DNA from: Macrostomum lignano
Lineage: Eukaryota
Direction of reading: 5' to 3'
Length of the DNA: 64,000 bases
Assembly: GCA_002269645.1 (NCBI GenBank)
Contig: NIVC01000059.1
Coordinates: 62,001-126,000, forward strand
Below are positions 39,648-53,855 of this stretch, in pieces. Each line of letters opens with the position of its first letter. Within the stretch, counting starts at the first letter, position 1. The notes under the pieces were generated by a model. It saw nothing but the letters and a program-made list of their open reading frames with translations, was not told the origin of the DNA and did not search any database. A program made the translations under genes and the position numbers.

Positions 39648-40272
39648 CTCAGACACAGTCAAAAGTTCCACCCTCCAAGTGAGATGAATTTTTTTCACTT
39701 TTGCGAGTGACGCAACTCAAAATTACTACCCATCGCGCAAAGCTTAATCGCCACTTGGGGTGGTTTGGGTCCGCTAGCTTAATGGTCCAAGATGACAACA
39801 AGCCGCCACACCGAGCCGATGCTGTTAGTCAACAGAAAGAACAGCTACAGCCGCGCACTCTGCGCTGGCCTTCCCGATCCCCAGACATGAATCCCATTGA
39901 GCATGTTTGGGACTTCCTAAAATTCTGCATTCAAAACGAAAATCCACTAAAACAGAATGTTGCACTTGGCAGAGGCTTTTCCCAGGACTTTCTGCGGCCG
40001 CCTCATCCTGGGGATGCACCGCAGAGTCGCCGCACTTCTGCGTGAGAGGGGATCCCACACGCGTTATTAAGCATCGCGATTCTAACTGAATTTTGCAAAA
40101 AATATAATTGTTATGATTTTGTGTTACTGACGTTTATTATGGATTCAACTTTCCCTTCCTCGCGGCGGCTTTGTTGCGTAACTTAAGGGTTGAATTGAGA
40201 GTGAGAAGCTGTCGCAATAATTGAGAAAAATTTCATCTCCCTTGGAGGGTGGAACTTTTGACTGTTGCTGAG
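39648..40272 (+). mobile_element. Internally deleted Tc1/mariner element with a DD34E transposase C-terminal fragment
   Basis: TA|CTCAGACACAGTCAAAAGTTCCACCCTCCAAG ... CTTGGAGGGTGGAACTTTTGACTGTTGCTGAG|TA. ORF 39701-40045 has QDDNKPPHRA...WPSRSPDMNPIEHVWDFLK, with 34 residues between D and E. Confidence 0.9.
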
Positions 40273-40558
40273 TATACAAGCATCAGAAATTTACAATTAT
40301 TAAATTGCCACACACAGTAGACGTGTGTGCTGTTATTTGAATGGGATACGATACAAATGCATTTATCAGTTACATGTTCTATTTTAGCCATGTGATAGCA
40401 TTTAAGTAGCGAAGTCTCAAAAGAAAAAAATCTTACAAGCATGTATTTGATAACCTAATCTACTCTAGAGTCCTGAGAAAACGATTTAATGCTTCAAGCA
40501 TACAGTCCTGGATGGCCAAGTATAAGGGTAATAAAAACAAACAATAAAAATCCATTAT

Positions 40559-40935
40559 TGTCGTATTGAGACAGACTTCTAGAAACTTTCCGGGAGAGGG
40601 GCGTGACTAAACTTTGCTTACGTATACATCTCTAGAAATTTCTTTATTCGTATTTCCGCGTGTTTCCTGGTACTTTCTCCCACACGAGTATACATGCGTA
40701 AATAAACGACCCCTCTCCCTGTTTACTCTGTTTACCATCAGTTCTCTGACGCTCCTATTGTCTGCGCTCTGCTATCCTACTAGTTCTTAATTGCCACTTG
40801 GCGGCCCAGTCGCCCAGCTTGTCTGGATATTCAGCAAGCCTGCAATACAAACGTACATGTACACACAGCATTCGACTCGTCTACGTTAAGATCCCGGTTT
40901 CCTGCCTTACTAATTACTTGCGTAGGAATACAACT
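40559..40935. mobile_element. Possible solo LTR
   Basis: Begins TGTCGTATT and ends AATACAACT (imperfect inverted ends). Flanks are attat/attag and an internal AATAAA is present. Confidence 0.35.
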
Positions 40936-43139
40936 ATTAGTAACCAAAAGTCTATGATTGTTTTAAAATTGACCAAATCAAACTAGAAAAGACATTTGAT
41001 TTGTTCTTAGAAATATAATATATGCCCTAAACATGTTTTAAAGTATATTTATTATATGTTTTTGTTTTCCAATTTTCTGCTAAGAAATTGCGGTTCAACT
41101 ATTTTTGCACCGACAGTCCAAATGACATAGTGGCTGAAAATACAATCAAATCAATGAATGCATTTAGAATTTTTTATATGCAAGTTAGGAAAAAACTACA
41201 CGTTCAACAAAAATCCTCACATGACATTTATCGTTGATTACATGCGTAAACCAAAATACTGGCTTCAGCACTTGAATAAAATCGACATAAAAGTGGTTTA
41301 GAGTAATAAGCATCCAGAAAAATATTAACTAGAGTTTTCAATGCACAAAAAACGGGTATTTTAGTAGCACTTTGTAGTACTGAAAAAAAAACAAAGATAT
41401 GAAAATAAAAATATTTGAACGCTCTAATCAATAACGATAATATAATATTATATACGATCCATGGAAGCCACAGTGCCGAGATTACATTGAAGGACTGGCA
41501 AAGAGCTGCTTAAGAAATATATAATAATAATAGCATTTTTATTGAAATAGATATGCAAAAGCTAAGTATCGAGGCATACTTAAATACCCCATTTACTAAT
41601 CAATTGTATCATTCGTAATATGACATTATACAACATTTAAATAATTATTTTAATTGCATCATTTCTTAGGCAGCAAGACTACAATTTTACGCAGCTTAAA
41701 TCAGCGTCGTTACTTTAAGTAGTCTTTTTTGCTGATATTCTGCAAATTAAATAAAATCTATAATATTTCAACAAAACCGATTTGTCTGTGACCACCAGAA
41801 AATGAGCAATAAGTAAAAAACACAGATTTTGATACTTTAAGCAGACAGAACAGGATGTCCTATTGACAATGCATTCAGCTTTGCAATCGGATTTGTAGGT
41901 AAAATTAGAAACAGAAAATCAACAATTAAAATTGTAAGCAGCCCATACTGCGATCAACTAATTAACAAATAAGTAAGGAAAGACAAACAAATGCACAGAG
42001 CGGACACTGGGCCAGACTGGCAGTTGAATGCGAGCAAAACAAACCCCCTGCACTGCGGCAGTGTCTTCAGCAACAATTAGCAAATAGCAGACAGAACAAC
42101 GAAAGACAAAAAATGAAAAAAGAAGCAGCAGAGAACAACAAGAAAAAAAGTTTCAAGTAGCAGCTTAGTATAGAGAGCTTATGATAACCGGTCAATGATG
42201 TCCGCTCTCGACCGATATGTATCGTATGTACCTTTTTTAACTTCTAATATTTTTGTCTATTTTGTTAATTTTTATTCGAAAAAACTTAGACAGCGAAAAA
42301 CAAGACGCATAGGGCGCAAAGAAAAAAATAATATTTATACATACAGATTTCGTGACCTCTAAGGGCACAGGGAAACAACAGCAGGATAAATAGAATGACA
42401 GAAGACAGATCTTCTAATAGAAACCACATTAATAATCGTAAAGTAAACATCCAATATTTACTTAGTAACGCCAATCAGGGCGGATAATGATAAAAATAAA
42501 ACTAATATTATTAACTGGGGTTCCAGCAGCATAGACACGCATTAGTCACGTGACTCGATTCCATCCAGGGACGGAAAGCGATTAAATCGAAGGTTTAAAT
42601 CTTCTTTTATTTGAAATGGTGACAAAAGTTGTACGTGTGTCACGTTATCTGATGATGACTGTTTAAAATCAATGGCCCTTCATCAAATCGATCAGCCTCA
42701 ACCAGAATAATAAGTTAGATTTTTTGAACTGCTAAAACTTTAAGTGTTTTAGTATTTTCTGGGATATATTACAGCCAGGAACCGCGGAACAGAAGGGGTC
42801 AACTGCCCCCCCCCCTAGTGAAAATTGGGGGCATCATTTGCCCTGAAGCAAAAAATGGTCCAGGCAGTGTCTTCACAAAAATCATCTATTATTTCGGTAA
42901 TCGATCACAGATACAAGAATATCTACGAGCAGATTTGTCACTCGCATTTAAATTGTGAAAATTAGAGCGCCTACTCCTCTTTCAGTAGTTTGTCTGCGCA
43001 GTGTCACTTAAATTTAATGTAGCAGATAAAATTTCATTTCCTACCTCAGATTTGTAGCCTAAGGAGCATTTGAAGTTAATAATGAACAGCAAGCATTTAA
43101 CTCGATGTACACAAGTGAACGCAACACAGACGCTTCTAG

Positions 43140-43368
43140 GGGAGAAGCCGAATCTAGCTCAACTAATGAGAGAGAAGTAAGGAGAGAGGGGGAAGTCAGA
43201 CGGACGAAACTCAGTCTAGTGGGGAGGGAGGCCCAATCTGGCTCAGCCAATGAGAGAGCAGTAAGGAGGGAGGTGAAAGTCAGACGTACGAAACTCAGCC
43301 TAGGGGGGAGGCTCAATCTGGCTCAGCCAATGAGAGAGCAGTAAGGAGAGAGGGTCAAAGTCCGACAC
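43140..43368. repeat. 80-bp tandem repeat, about 2.7 copies, downstream of the SEC14-like stop
   Basis: gctcagccaatgagagagcagtaagg occurs at 43241 and 43321, with a diverged copy upstream. Confidence 0.8.
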
Positions 43369-43678
43369 AAGCGGGCAAGAAGAAAGCCAAACTGTTTATC
43401 AGTCTGGCTGGGGGCTAAGACGCCACCCCTTTTCTTTCTTGATCGCTTTGCACTGCACACGCACTGGATTTGGCTTTTTAAGCTTTCGTGCAATCGATAG
43501 TCTGCTAATTTAATGGGTCTGCCTGTACAGCCCGAGGCGACTGCAAAAACTTTAAAATGTACTGTAAAACGGCACAAAAAAAGCTAGTTTTGCTACTGAA
43601 AATCGCATCTTTTCCGAGTGACATATTTAACTAATTTCAGAATCTGCAGTTTCCATGCCAGTTGGATAAGTAAGCCAG

Positions 43679-44489
43679 TTACGAAGATTCCGTGTCGGAG
43701 AGATGCGAACAAGCCGTGTGAAAGCTCTCCTGGCTCTCCTGTCGCGTCAGACCCCGACTATTACTGCCGGTGTGAATAACAGTCTGAGGCGGCGGGGGCG
43801 GCGGCGGCGGCGCCGGCAGCTCAACGGAGGCGGCAGACGCGGAGGCGGACAGACTGCTCGGCGTCGGCGTCGGTGCATCCTCCGGCGGCACAAATCGAAG
43901 CCGGACGCCGCCACGGCGACGTTTCGGATGACAGTCGGCGAATGGCAGCTGCAGCAGGGATTGATCGCCATTGGTTGGCCGCAGTTCCAGGTAATAGCTG
44001 AGCTTCTTAGACCTAGTCCAGCTGTGCCCGTTGTCGAATTTGACAATGTAAGTGCCAGGCAGCTGGCAGACCACACTGCCGCTGATTGGTCGAATGTCGC
44101 TTTCAACGCGGCCTAGCTGGACAATGTACTGCCGTTGCTGCTGATCAGTCGACTCCGGGCCGGCGCCGTTGCCGTTGCTGCCCTGCAGGTACACTTCAAA
44201 GCCGATGTCACCTTCCTCGGTGACGAATTCCCAGTCCAGATTGACTGGCGCCTCGCCCGGCTTCACGGTCAGGTCCACTTTCAGGGCGGAGCGGCGGCCG
44301 ACCGAGGACTGGATGAGCTTGTCGGCATTTAGAGGCCGCAGGTAGTATTCGGTTGGCACCTGCGGGCACACAGGTGAGCGGGATGGCTGTGGGGCACCTT
44401 AGCGAAACGCCTTCGGCGACATCGTCTCACAACCAGCGCTGACGGCAATTCTGCCCGTTCCGCTGACTTCTGAGCACATGCAAGCGCGC

Positions 44490-44561
<72 letters not shown>

Positions 44562-44582
44562 TACATACAGACAGACAGACAT

Positions 44583-44669
<87 letters not shown>

Positions 44670-47600
44670 CTAAGACAGTCAGGCAGACAGACAGACACAC
44701 AGACAGACAGACAGACAGAAACACAGATAGACAGACAGACAGAGTCAGAATAGCAAGCTGGAGCAACAGTTTCAGAGCATTTCATAGCCGTTTAAGATCG
44801 GCAACGCGCACACAAGCACGAAGGTATTTATGCTTTTAGTGCAAGTATGTTAGACTTCGCTAAGCATTCCACTAGCAGCTAATGCAAGCCCTGGCGCAGA
44901 TCGGTGAGCGCTACAACTATACTGATTTTGATTGATTTGCAATGCGGGATCTTAGCTATTATTGATTAAGCCAGACACCTGTGTTTACAGTTCAGCTGAT
45001 CACTACAGATAGAGCGGTGCGGATAGTAAGAAACACCTGGAGCTGTTGAAATTAAAGTAAGCAGAATGAGAAGCCAAGACAAAAAATGGGAAATACTACC
45101 AGATCTCTAAAGGCCGCATACCAAAGACGAAAGCAAAATAAGTTCATAATGCAAGCTACAGTGAAAATGCTTAGCAGATAATAGCTGACTATTTTGAGAA
45201 CTGCAAATAAGTATTTACAAATTATATACGGATTCAAAATTTCAATGCCATAAAACGGTCCTGTGTTTATTCGGCTAATATATACACATCAGACCCAGAC
45301 AGGCATAGGCAGGCAGACAGGCATAGGCAGGCAGACAGGCATAGGCAGGCAGACAGGCATAGGCAGGCAGAAAGACAGACAGACAGACAGACAGACAGGC
45401 AGACACACAGAGAGACAGACAGGCTGACAGACAGGCAGACACACAGACACACAGACACACACACAGGCAGACACACAGACACACAGAGACAGACAGGCAG
45501 ACACACAGAGACACAGACAGGCAGACACACCGAGAGACACAGACAGACACACACAGAGAGACACAGACAGCCAGACAGGCAGACACACCGAGAGACACAG
45601 ACAGACAGACAGGCAGACACACAGAGAGACAGACAGGCTGACAGACAGGCAGACACACAGACACACAGACACACACACACAGGCAGACACACAGACACAC
45701 ACAGAGACAGACAGGCAGACACACAGAGACACAGACAGGCAGACACACCGAGAGACACAGACAGACAGACAGACAGACACACAGAGAGACACAGACAGAC
45801 AGACAGACAGACACACAGAGAGACACAGACAGCCAGACAGGCAGACACACCGAGAGACACAGACAGACAGACAGGCAGACACACAGAGAGACACAGACAG
45901 CCAGACACACCGAGAGACACAGACAGGCAGACAGGCAGACAGCCTCACCTGTCCGCCATAGCAGACGCACGAAGAGCAGGTGGGGTCTCCGTCGGGATCG
46001 CGCCTCGTGCCGCCGTAGCAGACGGGCAGCTGGTCTGGCGCAATGTACTGCCGCAGCAGCTCCTGATAATTGTCGCCAAGCACGTGGATTTTACTCTGAG
46101 TGTCCTTGTGCAGCAGCGGTTTCAGCATGTTGAACAGAGCCGGGAACAGCGACGGGGCGTTAATAACCAGCGCTAATCCCATGGTCTCGGGATAATTGGC
46201 CTCGCAAATTCTAGTCAGCTCAAGGAACAGATCCAGCGACGGTGGCCACATTTGCCGGCGGCCGAATTCGGCGAAGTCGTACACCACTGTCAGCTGGTAG
46301 ATCGCCCGGCCCGTGGCAGCCCGGCGTCGGGGCAGCAGGCGTCGGCAGGTCCACTCGGACACATAGATTCGGCCGCGGATCAGCTCCTCACGAGTGGCCG
46401 ACCTGGTGATGAGCAGTTGGGGGCATGAGAGAGATGTAAGCACTGACGGAGACTTAACAATTTTTCGTGGACCCCTGATTTCTCACGGGTATCTCCTAGG
46501 GTATTTTTCATAGACATCTGATAGGGTATTTCTCACGGGTATCTCCTAGGGTATTTTTCATAGACATCTGATAGGGTATTTCTCACGGGTATCTCCCAGG
46601 GTATTTTTCATAGACATCTGATAGGGTATTTCTTATGGGTATCTGATAGGGTATTTCTCATGGACATCTGAAATGGTATTTCTCATGGGTATTTCCCAGG
46701 GTATTTTTCATGGGCATCTGATAGGGTATTTCTCATGGGTATCTTCCAGGGTATTTCTCATGGAGATCTGACAGGGTATTTCTCATAGACAGCTGATATG
46801 GTATTACTCCTGGGTATTTCCCAGGGTATTTCTCATGGACAACTGATAGGCTATTTCTCATGGACATCTGATAGGGTACTTCTCATGGATATCTGATAGG
46901 CTATTTTTCATGGGCATCTGATGACGTATGTATTTTTCATGGGCAGCTAATAGAGTATTTTTATGTCCATGATATTTGGCGTGTGTATTTTTGCGAACTA
47001 GTAATGCAAAGCGGAAATTTCAATTATAATTCATGCTTACTGTCAGCAAAAGCACACACTGTATTAAGAAGGCTAAACCAAACCGATTGCAAATCTCTCA
47101 AGACACGACACTACCTAAGCCTAATGCTAATTACTGAAATGCTGATGTGGCTGCCGAAACTGAACAGTGAACCGACAATTTAAGAATTCTTACACAGTTA
47201 CACATGACTATTCAGTGCGATTGTTAACACGTTTGGCAGGGACCACGGAAATTTAGGGGCCAGAAATTTAGCTTAACAGATTTTTACAGATCTGTTATAC
47301 CTGGAGATCAGTGATGCTTGGGGATCAGTGATGCTTGGGGATCTGTGATGCTTGGGGATCTGTGATGCTTGAGGATCTGTGATGCTTGAGGATCAGTGAT
47401 GCTTGGGGATCTGTGATGCTTGGGGATCAGTGATGCTTGGGGATCTGTGATGCTTGGGGATCTGTGATACTTGGGGATCTGTGATGCTTGATGATCTGTG
47501 ATGCTTGGGGATCTGTGATGCTTGGGGATCTGTGATGCTTGGGGATCAGTGATGCTTGGGGATCAGTGATGCTTGATGATCTGTGATGCTTGGGGATCTG

Positions 47601-49957
47601 TGATGCTTGGGGATCTGTGATACTTGGGGATCAGTGATGCTTGGGGACCAGTGATGCTTGGGGATCTGGGATGCTTGAGGATCAGTGATGCTTGGGGATC
47701 AGTGATGCTTGATGATCTGTGATGCTTGGGGATCTGTGATGCTTGGGGATCTGTGATGCTTGAGGATCTGTGATGCTTGAGGATCTGTGATGCTTGGGGA
47801 TCAGTGATGCTTGGGGACCAGTGATGCTTGGGGATCTGTGATGCTTGAGGATCAGTGATGCTTGGGGATCAGTGATGCTTGATGATCTGTGATGCTTGGG
47901 GATCTGTGATGCTTGAGGATCTGTGATGCTTGAGGATCTGTGATGCTTGGTGATCAGTGATGTTTGAGGATCTGTGATGCTTGGGGATCTGTGATGCTTG
48001 GGGATCAGTGATGCTTGGGTATCAGTGATGCTTGGGGATCTGTGATGCTTGAGGATCAGTGATGCTTGGGGATCAGTGATGCTTGATGATCTGTGATGCT
48101 TGGGGATCTGTGATGCTTGGGGATCTGTGATACTTGGGGATCAGTGATGCTTGGGGACCAGTGATGCTTGGGGATCTGTGATGCTCGAGGATCTGTGATG
48201 CTTGGTGATCTGTGATGCTTGGTGATCAGTGATGTTTGAGGATCTGTGATGCTTGGGGATCTGTGATGCTTGGGGATCAGTGATGCTTGGGGATCAGTGA
48301 TGCTTGGGGATCTGTGATGCTTGGGATCAGTGATGCTTGGTGATCTGTGATGCTTGGTGATCTGTGATGCTTGAGGATCTGTGATGCTTGGGGATCAGTG
48401 AAGCTTGAGGATCAGTGATGCTTGATGATCTGTGATGCTTGGGGATCTGTGATGCTTGATGATCAGTGATGCTTGGGGATCAGTGATGCTTGGGGATCCG
48501 TGATGCTTGAGGATCAGTGATGCTTGGTGATCTGTGATGCTTGGTGATCTCTGATGCTTGAGGATCTGTGATGCTTGGGGATCTGTGATGCTTGGGGATC
48601 AGTGATGCTTGGGGATCTGTGATGCTTGGGATCAGTGATGCTTGGTGATCTGTGATGCTTGAGGATCTGTGATGCTTGGGGATCTGTGATGCTTGGGGAT
48701 CTGTGATGCTTGGGGATTAGTGATGTTTGGGGATCAGTGAAGCTTGGGGATCGATCAGTGAAGCTTGGGGATCTGTGGTGCTTCAGTGAAGCTTGGGGAT
48801 CTGTGGTGCTTTAGTGACGCTGGGGATCTGTGATGCTTGAGGATCTGTGAAGCTGGGGATCAGTGAAGCTTGGGGTTCTGTGATGCTCGAGGATCAGTGA
48901 AGCTTGGGGTTCTGTGATGCTTGAGGATCTGTGATGCTTGAGGATCTGTGATGCTTGGGGATCAGTAATGCTTGAGTATCTGTGATGCTTGGGGATCAGT
49001 GAAGCTTGGGGATCTGTGATGCTTGGGGATCAGTGAAGCTTGGGGATCTGTGATGCTTGGGGATCAGTGAAACTCAAGGTCCTACAAAGCTACAGGTACC
49101 GTAGAAGATAGGCAGGCAATCAGCAATTCACCTGGCCAGTCCCTCGGGATCATTGCGGCCGATGGGATCGTACCAGACCGGGCGGCCCTCGCGGTCGTGG
49201 CCGCAGAAGCCGCCAGTATAATAGTCGGCTAGCACGGTCGGCATAGCGAACTCTTCTAAAATTTCGTCGGCACGAAATTCTCGGCGCCATTCGAGATGAT
49301 CGCGCAGCATCTGCTCCGCCTTCTTGGCGTCGAATTGGCGCGCCTTCACCCACCTGTTAGGCGAGAAAAATTTGTTTATAAACTGAAGAATGACAACCGG
49401 TGCAGGCAACTAATAACAACCGGTGCTAGCAACTAATGATAACCGGTGCTAGCAAATAATAACAACCGGTGCTCAACCGGTGCTAGCAACTAATAAAAAA
49501 CCGGTGCTAGCAACTAATAAAAAACCGGTGCTAGCAACTAATAACAACCAGTGCTAGCAACTAATAACAACTGGTGCTTGCAACTAATAACAACCGGTGC
49601 TAGCAACTAATAACAACCGGTGCTAGAAACTAATAACAACCCGTGCTAGCAACTAATAACAACCGGTGCTAGCAACTAATACAACCGGTGCTAGCAGCTG
49701 ATAAAACCAGTGCTAGCAAACGCAGCCCACCTGAACAGGTAGAAATCGTCATCGAACTCAGGACGCCAGATGTCGGCTACGTTGCTCTTTAATCTTTCGA
49801 ATGCGCGGGCCTTCTTAGGGTCCATGAGATCCTGCAGCACGGCCTGACTGTAGGCATTGTGCTCGCTTGGAAATTGAAAGTTCACGCCATTAGGCGAGGC
49901 AGTCGAACGGCTCACTGGAGTCGTGGGTTGCGGCGTCAACTGCCGAAGTCGCTTCAT
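43679..49957 (-). CDS. SEC14-like protein (CRAL-TRIO + GOLD; SEC14L2/3/4 family), about 527 aa; exons 49957-49731, 49353-49132, 46402-45949, 44359-43679
   Basis: [13 protein letters not shown]...[25 protein letters not shown]...[20 protein letters not shown], and a GOLD domain ([12 protein letters not shown]...[14 protein letters not shown]...KKLSY). Intron phases 2,2,0. Confidence 0.9.
44490..45942. repeat. Two (GACA)n-type microsatellite blocks (44490-44745 and 45290-45942) in SEC14-like intron 3
   Basis: Direct inspection. Confidence 0.95.
46478..46960. repeat. Degenerate 25-bp minisatellite (atagggtatttctcatggacatctg)n with 50-bp dimers in SEC14-like intron 2
   Basis: Direct inspection. 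Confidence 0.88.
47303..49072. repeat. 17-bp minisatellite (ggggatctgtgatgctt)n, about 100 copies, in SEC14-like intron 2
   Basis: Direct inspection. Confidence 0.96.
49393..49720. repeat. 23-bp minisatellite (acaaccggtgctagcaactaata)n filling almost all of SEC14-like intron 1
   Basis: Direct inspection. Confidence 0.93.
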
Positions 49958-50064
49958 AGCGACTTGATTGGCGTTTTAATTGGTAACTGCTTGTTTAGCT
50001 TAACAATCGAGTTCAATACTGCTATTGAATATATCTCGCTGCAAAAGGTGCAACAGGGGTGCGA

Positions 50065-50555
50065 TAGTATGGTTTGTAGGTACATGAAGTCTGTAGATAG
50101 TGTCTATAGGTACATGAAGTCTGTAGATAGTGTCTATAGGTACATGAAGTCTGTAGATAGTGTCTATAGGTACATGAAGTCTGTAGATAGTGTCTATAGG
50201 TACATGAAGTCTGTAGATAGTATCTGTAGGTACGTGAAGTCTGTAGATAGTATCAATAGGTACATTAAGTCTGTAGATAGTGTCTGTAGGTACATGAAGT
50301 CTGTAGATAGTGTCTATAGGTACATGAAGTCTGTAGATAGTGTCTATAGGTACATGAAGTCTATAGATAGTATCTGTAGGTACATGAAGTCTGTAGATAG
50401 TATCTGTAGGTACATGAAGTCTGTAGATAGTGTCTATAGGTACATGAAGTCTATAGATAGTATCTGTAGGTACATGAAGTCTGTAGATAGTGTCTATAGG
50501 TACATGAAGTCTATAGATAGTATCTGTAGGTACATGAAGTCTGTAGATAATGTTT
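50065..50555. repeat. 30-bp minisatellite (ggtacatgaagtctgtagatagtgtctata)n about 110 bp upstream of the SEC14-like ATG
   Basis: About 16 copies seen directly. Confidence 0.95.
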
Positions 50556-51103
50556 ATAAATGAAATTTCGGCTTTAAGTATCTATCTATAGCTTATAATA
50601 GACTGGTTTGTTAAGCAGAAAAATGTATAGCAATATTAAACCACGCAATACTTACTTATCTGCCCTAAGTGTAAATATAAAAAAGTACTTCAATCGCTCA
50701 TGAGATGAGAAAGAATTCAAAAGAACTTTATTTAAACTATTCTAGCTACTATGAAACTGCTTATTCTATACAGAAGAAACTGTGTAACATACAATTTTGC
50801 TACCTTCACAATGCGCAGGCTATATATATACCGTCATTTTTGTGTGCGTGTGTGTGTGTCAGGTTGTTACAGCAATTAGAGTGCCGCAGCGCTGACAGGA
50901 GGTAGGAAAGTAACACACACGCATACACACACTGTACATGTAAGCACAAGCATACACAGGTAAATCAGCTCTGTAGACGGTCTTGTCTCTTTCTCTCCAT
51001 CTCTCTCTCCCCCTATCTCTCTCCTAGGCCGAACATAGCAACTACACAGCAATTCAATGATAGAACTGGCTTTGGGGCTGCAGCTCAAGCAAGCGCAGAT
51101 AGA

Positions 51104-51872
51104 CTAGACTCAGTAATGGATATACTAGACTCAGTAATGGATATACTAGACTCAGTAATGGATTTACTAGACTCAGTAATGGATATACTAGACTCAGTAA
51201 TGGATATACTAGACTCAGTAATGGATATACTAGACTCAGTAATGAATATACTAGACTCGTAATGGATATACTAGACTCAGTAATGGATATACTAGACTCA
51301 GTAATGGATATACTAGACTCAGTAATGGATATACTAGACTCAGTAATGGATATACTAGACTCTAATGGATATACTAGACTCAGTAATGAATATACTAGAC
51401 TCAGTAATGGATATACTAGACTCAGTAATGGATATACTAGACTCAGTAATGGATATACTAGACTCAGTAATGAATATACTAGACTCAGTAATGGATATAC
51501 TAGACTCAGTAATGAATATACTAGACTCAGTAATGGATATACTTGACTCAGTAATAGATATACTAGACTCAGTAATGGATATACTAGACTCAGTAATGAA
51601 TATACTAGACTCAGTAATGGATATACTTGACTCAGTAATGGATATACTAGACTCAGTAATGGATATACTAGACTCAGTAATGGATATACTAGACTCAGTA
51701 ATGAATATACTAGACTCAGTAATGGATATACTTGACTCAGTAATGAATATACTAAACTCAGTAATGGATATACTAGACCTAGTAATGGATATACTAGACT
51801 CAGTAATGAATATACTAGACTCAGTAATGGATATACTAGACTCAGTAATGGATAGACTAGACTCAGTAATGG
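51104..51872. repeat. 21-bp minisatellite (gactcagtaatggatatacta)n
   Basis: About 36 copies seen directly. Confidence 0.95.
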
Positions 51873-52654
51873 ATCTATATGCTAGAAATGACTAAAATTT
51901 AATAAACAAAACACCCTATATAAATCCAATTGCGCTGAAAAAGGAGTAACAAAGACTCGCACACACAGACAAGTCAGTCAGTACACAATAGGTCTCAACA
52001 AGTGTACTTTTAAAGCAATGGCCGGTGGATCACAGAATGAACTTCCGTTTATGAAATATAGAATAGTTTTCAATAAATATTTAATTCCAGCAATTAAATA
52101 TACCATCGCAGGCGTGTCAGTTGACCTAGAAAACAACACAAATGAAATAAATACAGTTATACATTTTTATTGTCAGCTTACAGACCGAATCTAGGGAAAC
52201 AAGAAAGAAATGACACAGATACTCTAGGCAAATAATAATAATAATAATATAACTGAACCGAACATAACATTAGCAAAACCTGATAAATTAGAAAAGCAAG
52301 GTAGGCCATTCGAATGATTTGGCACCGCGAGAGATCGGCAACAGCAACATAAATAGGGGCATGTGGCCTGCAGCAGGCAGCAGAAGTTGCGGCCAAGTTT
52401 ACGGAAATTATTAGGCTAGAAGCAGAAATTTAATTACTAAAACACGGAAAAGATTTCTAAGAGTCAAGGGACTAACTAAATATTTTTATTGCACTAGCAG
52501 AAGTAATTCAACACATAAAGCCCTCAGTAGCTTTGCTGTGATAATTAAATTTTAATTTTAGCATAATGAAATACTGAAATCTATATATAAGGAGGAAAGG
52601 TTGAGTGCCATTCGAGAATGATTAAATATCAATAAAATTAGGGGCGTGGTAAAG

Positions 52655-53420
52655 AGAGAGGAAAAACGGAAACAGGGAAGAAAAGGGGAAAGAAGGGAAG
52701 AGGGGAAAAGAGAAGAAAAGGAGAGGAAAAAGAGGAATAGAATGGGAAGAGAAGAGGATGAGAAAAGAGAGGAAGAGGAGGGGAAAGAGAGGAAGAGGAG
52801 GGGAAAGAGAGGAAGAGGAGGGGAAAGAGAGGAAGAGGAGGGGAAAGAGAGGAAGAGGAGGGAAGAGAGAGGAAGAGGAGGGGAAAGAGAGGAAGAGGAG
52901 GGGAAAGAGAGGAAGAGGAGGGGAGAGAGAGGAAGAGGAGGGGAAAGAGAGGAAGAGGAGAGGAAAGAGAGGAAGAGGAGGGGAAAGAGAGGAAGAGGAG
53001 GGGAAAGAGAGGAAGAGGAGGGGAAAGAGAGGAAGAGGAGGGAAAAGAGAGGAAGAGGAGGGGAAAGAGAGGAAGAGGAGGGGAAAGAGAGGAAGAGGAG
53101 GGGAAAGAGAGGAAGAGGAGAGGAAAGAGAGGAAGAGGAGGGGAAAGAGAGGAAGAGGAGGGGAAAGAGAGGAAGAGGAGGGGAAAGAGAGGAAGAGGAG
53201 GGGAAAGAGAGGAAGAGGAGGGGAAAGAGAGGAAGAGGAGGGGAAAGAGAGGAAGAGGGGAAAGAGAGGAAGTGGAGGGAAAAGAGAGGAAGAGGAGGGG
53301 AAAGAGAGGAAGAGGAGGGGAAAGAGAGGAAGAGGACGAGAGATAGGAAGTGGAGAGGAAAGAGGGGAAAATGGAAAAGGGGAAAAAGAAAAAAGAAAAG
53401 AGGGAAAGGCGGGGGAATCA
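52655..53420. repeat. Polypurine/polypyrimidine tract with a 20-bp unit (ggggaaagagaggaagagga)n
   Basis: The plus strand is almost exclusively A/G for about 750 bp. Confidence 0.95.
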
Positions 53421-53855
53421 AAAAGACAAGATTTCCAGCAATATTGAGTTAAATAAATAAGAAACTAAATTACAGTACAGCTATAGAAGACACAGTAGAA
53501 TGAAGACCATAAAAGCGAAACATTTTAAAATAAGTGAACCGAACTGGGACAGCCATAAGCAGAATACAGAGAATTAAGCAAAAACACAATTGGTAAAAAA
53601 GGCAAAATATCGATCCAACAAATAGCAGCATTTCACCTCGCGAGAGACACGCATACATCAAAAGTTGCTTCAAAGAAATCAAATTTATCAGAACAAAGAT
53701 CACTGGGGAGGGAGGATCATTTTTGCTTCTTTGTTTCAATACTTTCAGCTTGTATCGTTGCACAAAATAAGAGATAACGGTTGCATGCTATAAGCTATGT
53801 ATAGGGATACGCAGGAAAAGCCTAATAATGTTTCATTACTTAAGTTTAATCTATG

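Noticed and set aside
44329-45970. (CLSV)n ORFs, also at 7017-7601
   Set aside because: Translations of GACA/TCTG microsatellites in introns.
49859-51895. ORFs with (YMKSVDSVYR)n and (MDILDSV)n
   Set aside because: Translations of the 30-bp and 21-bp minisatellites.
52558-53452. Lys/Arg/Glu-rich and Ser/Pro/Leu-rich ORFs
   Set aside because: Both are products of the polypurine repeat, open in several frames, with no splice or homology support.
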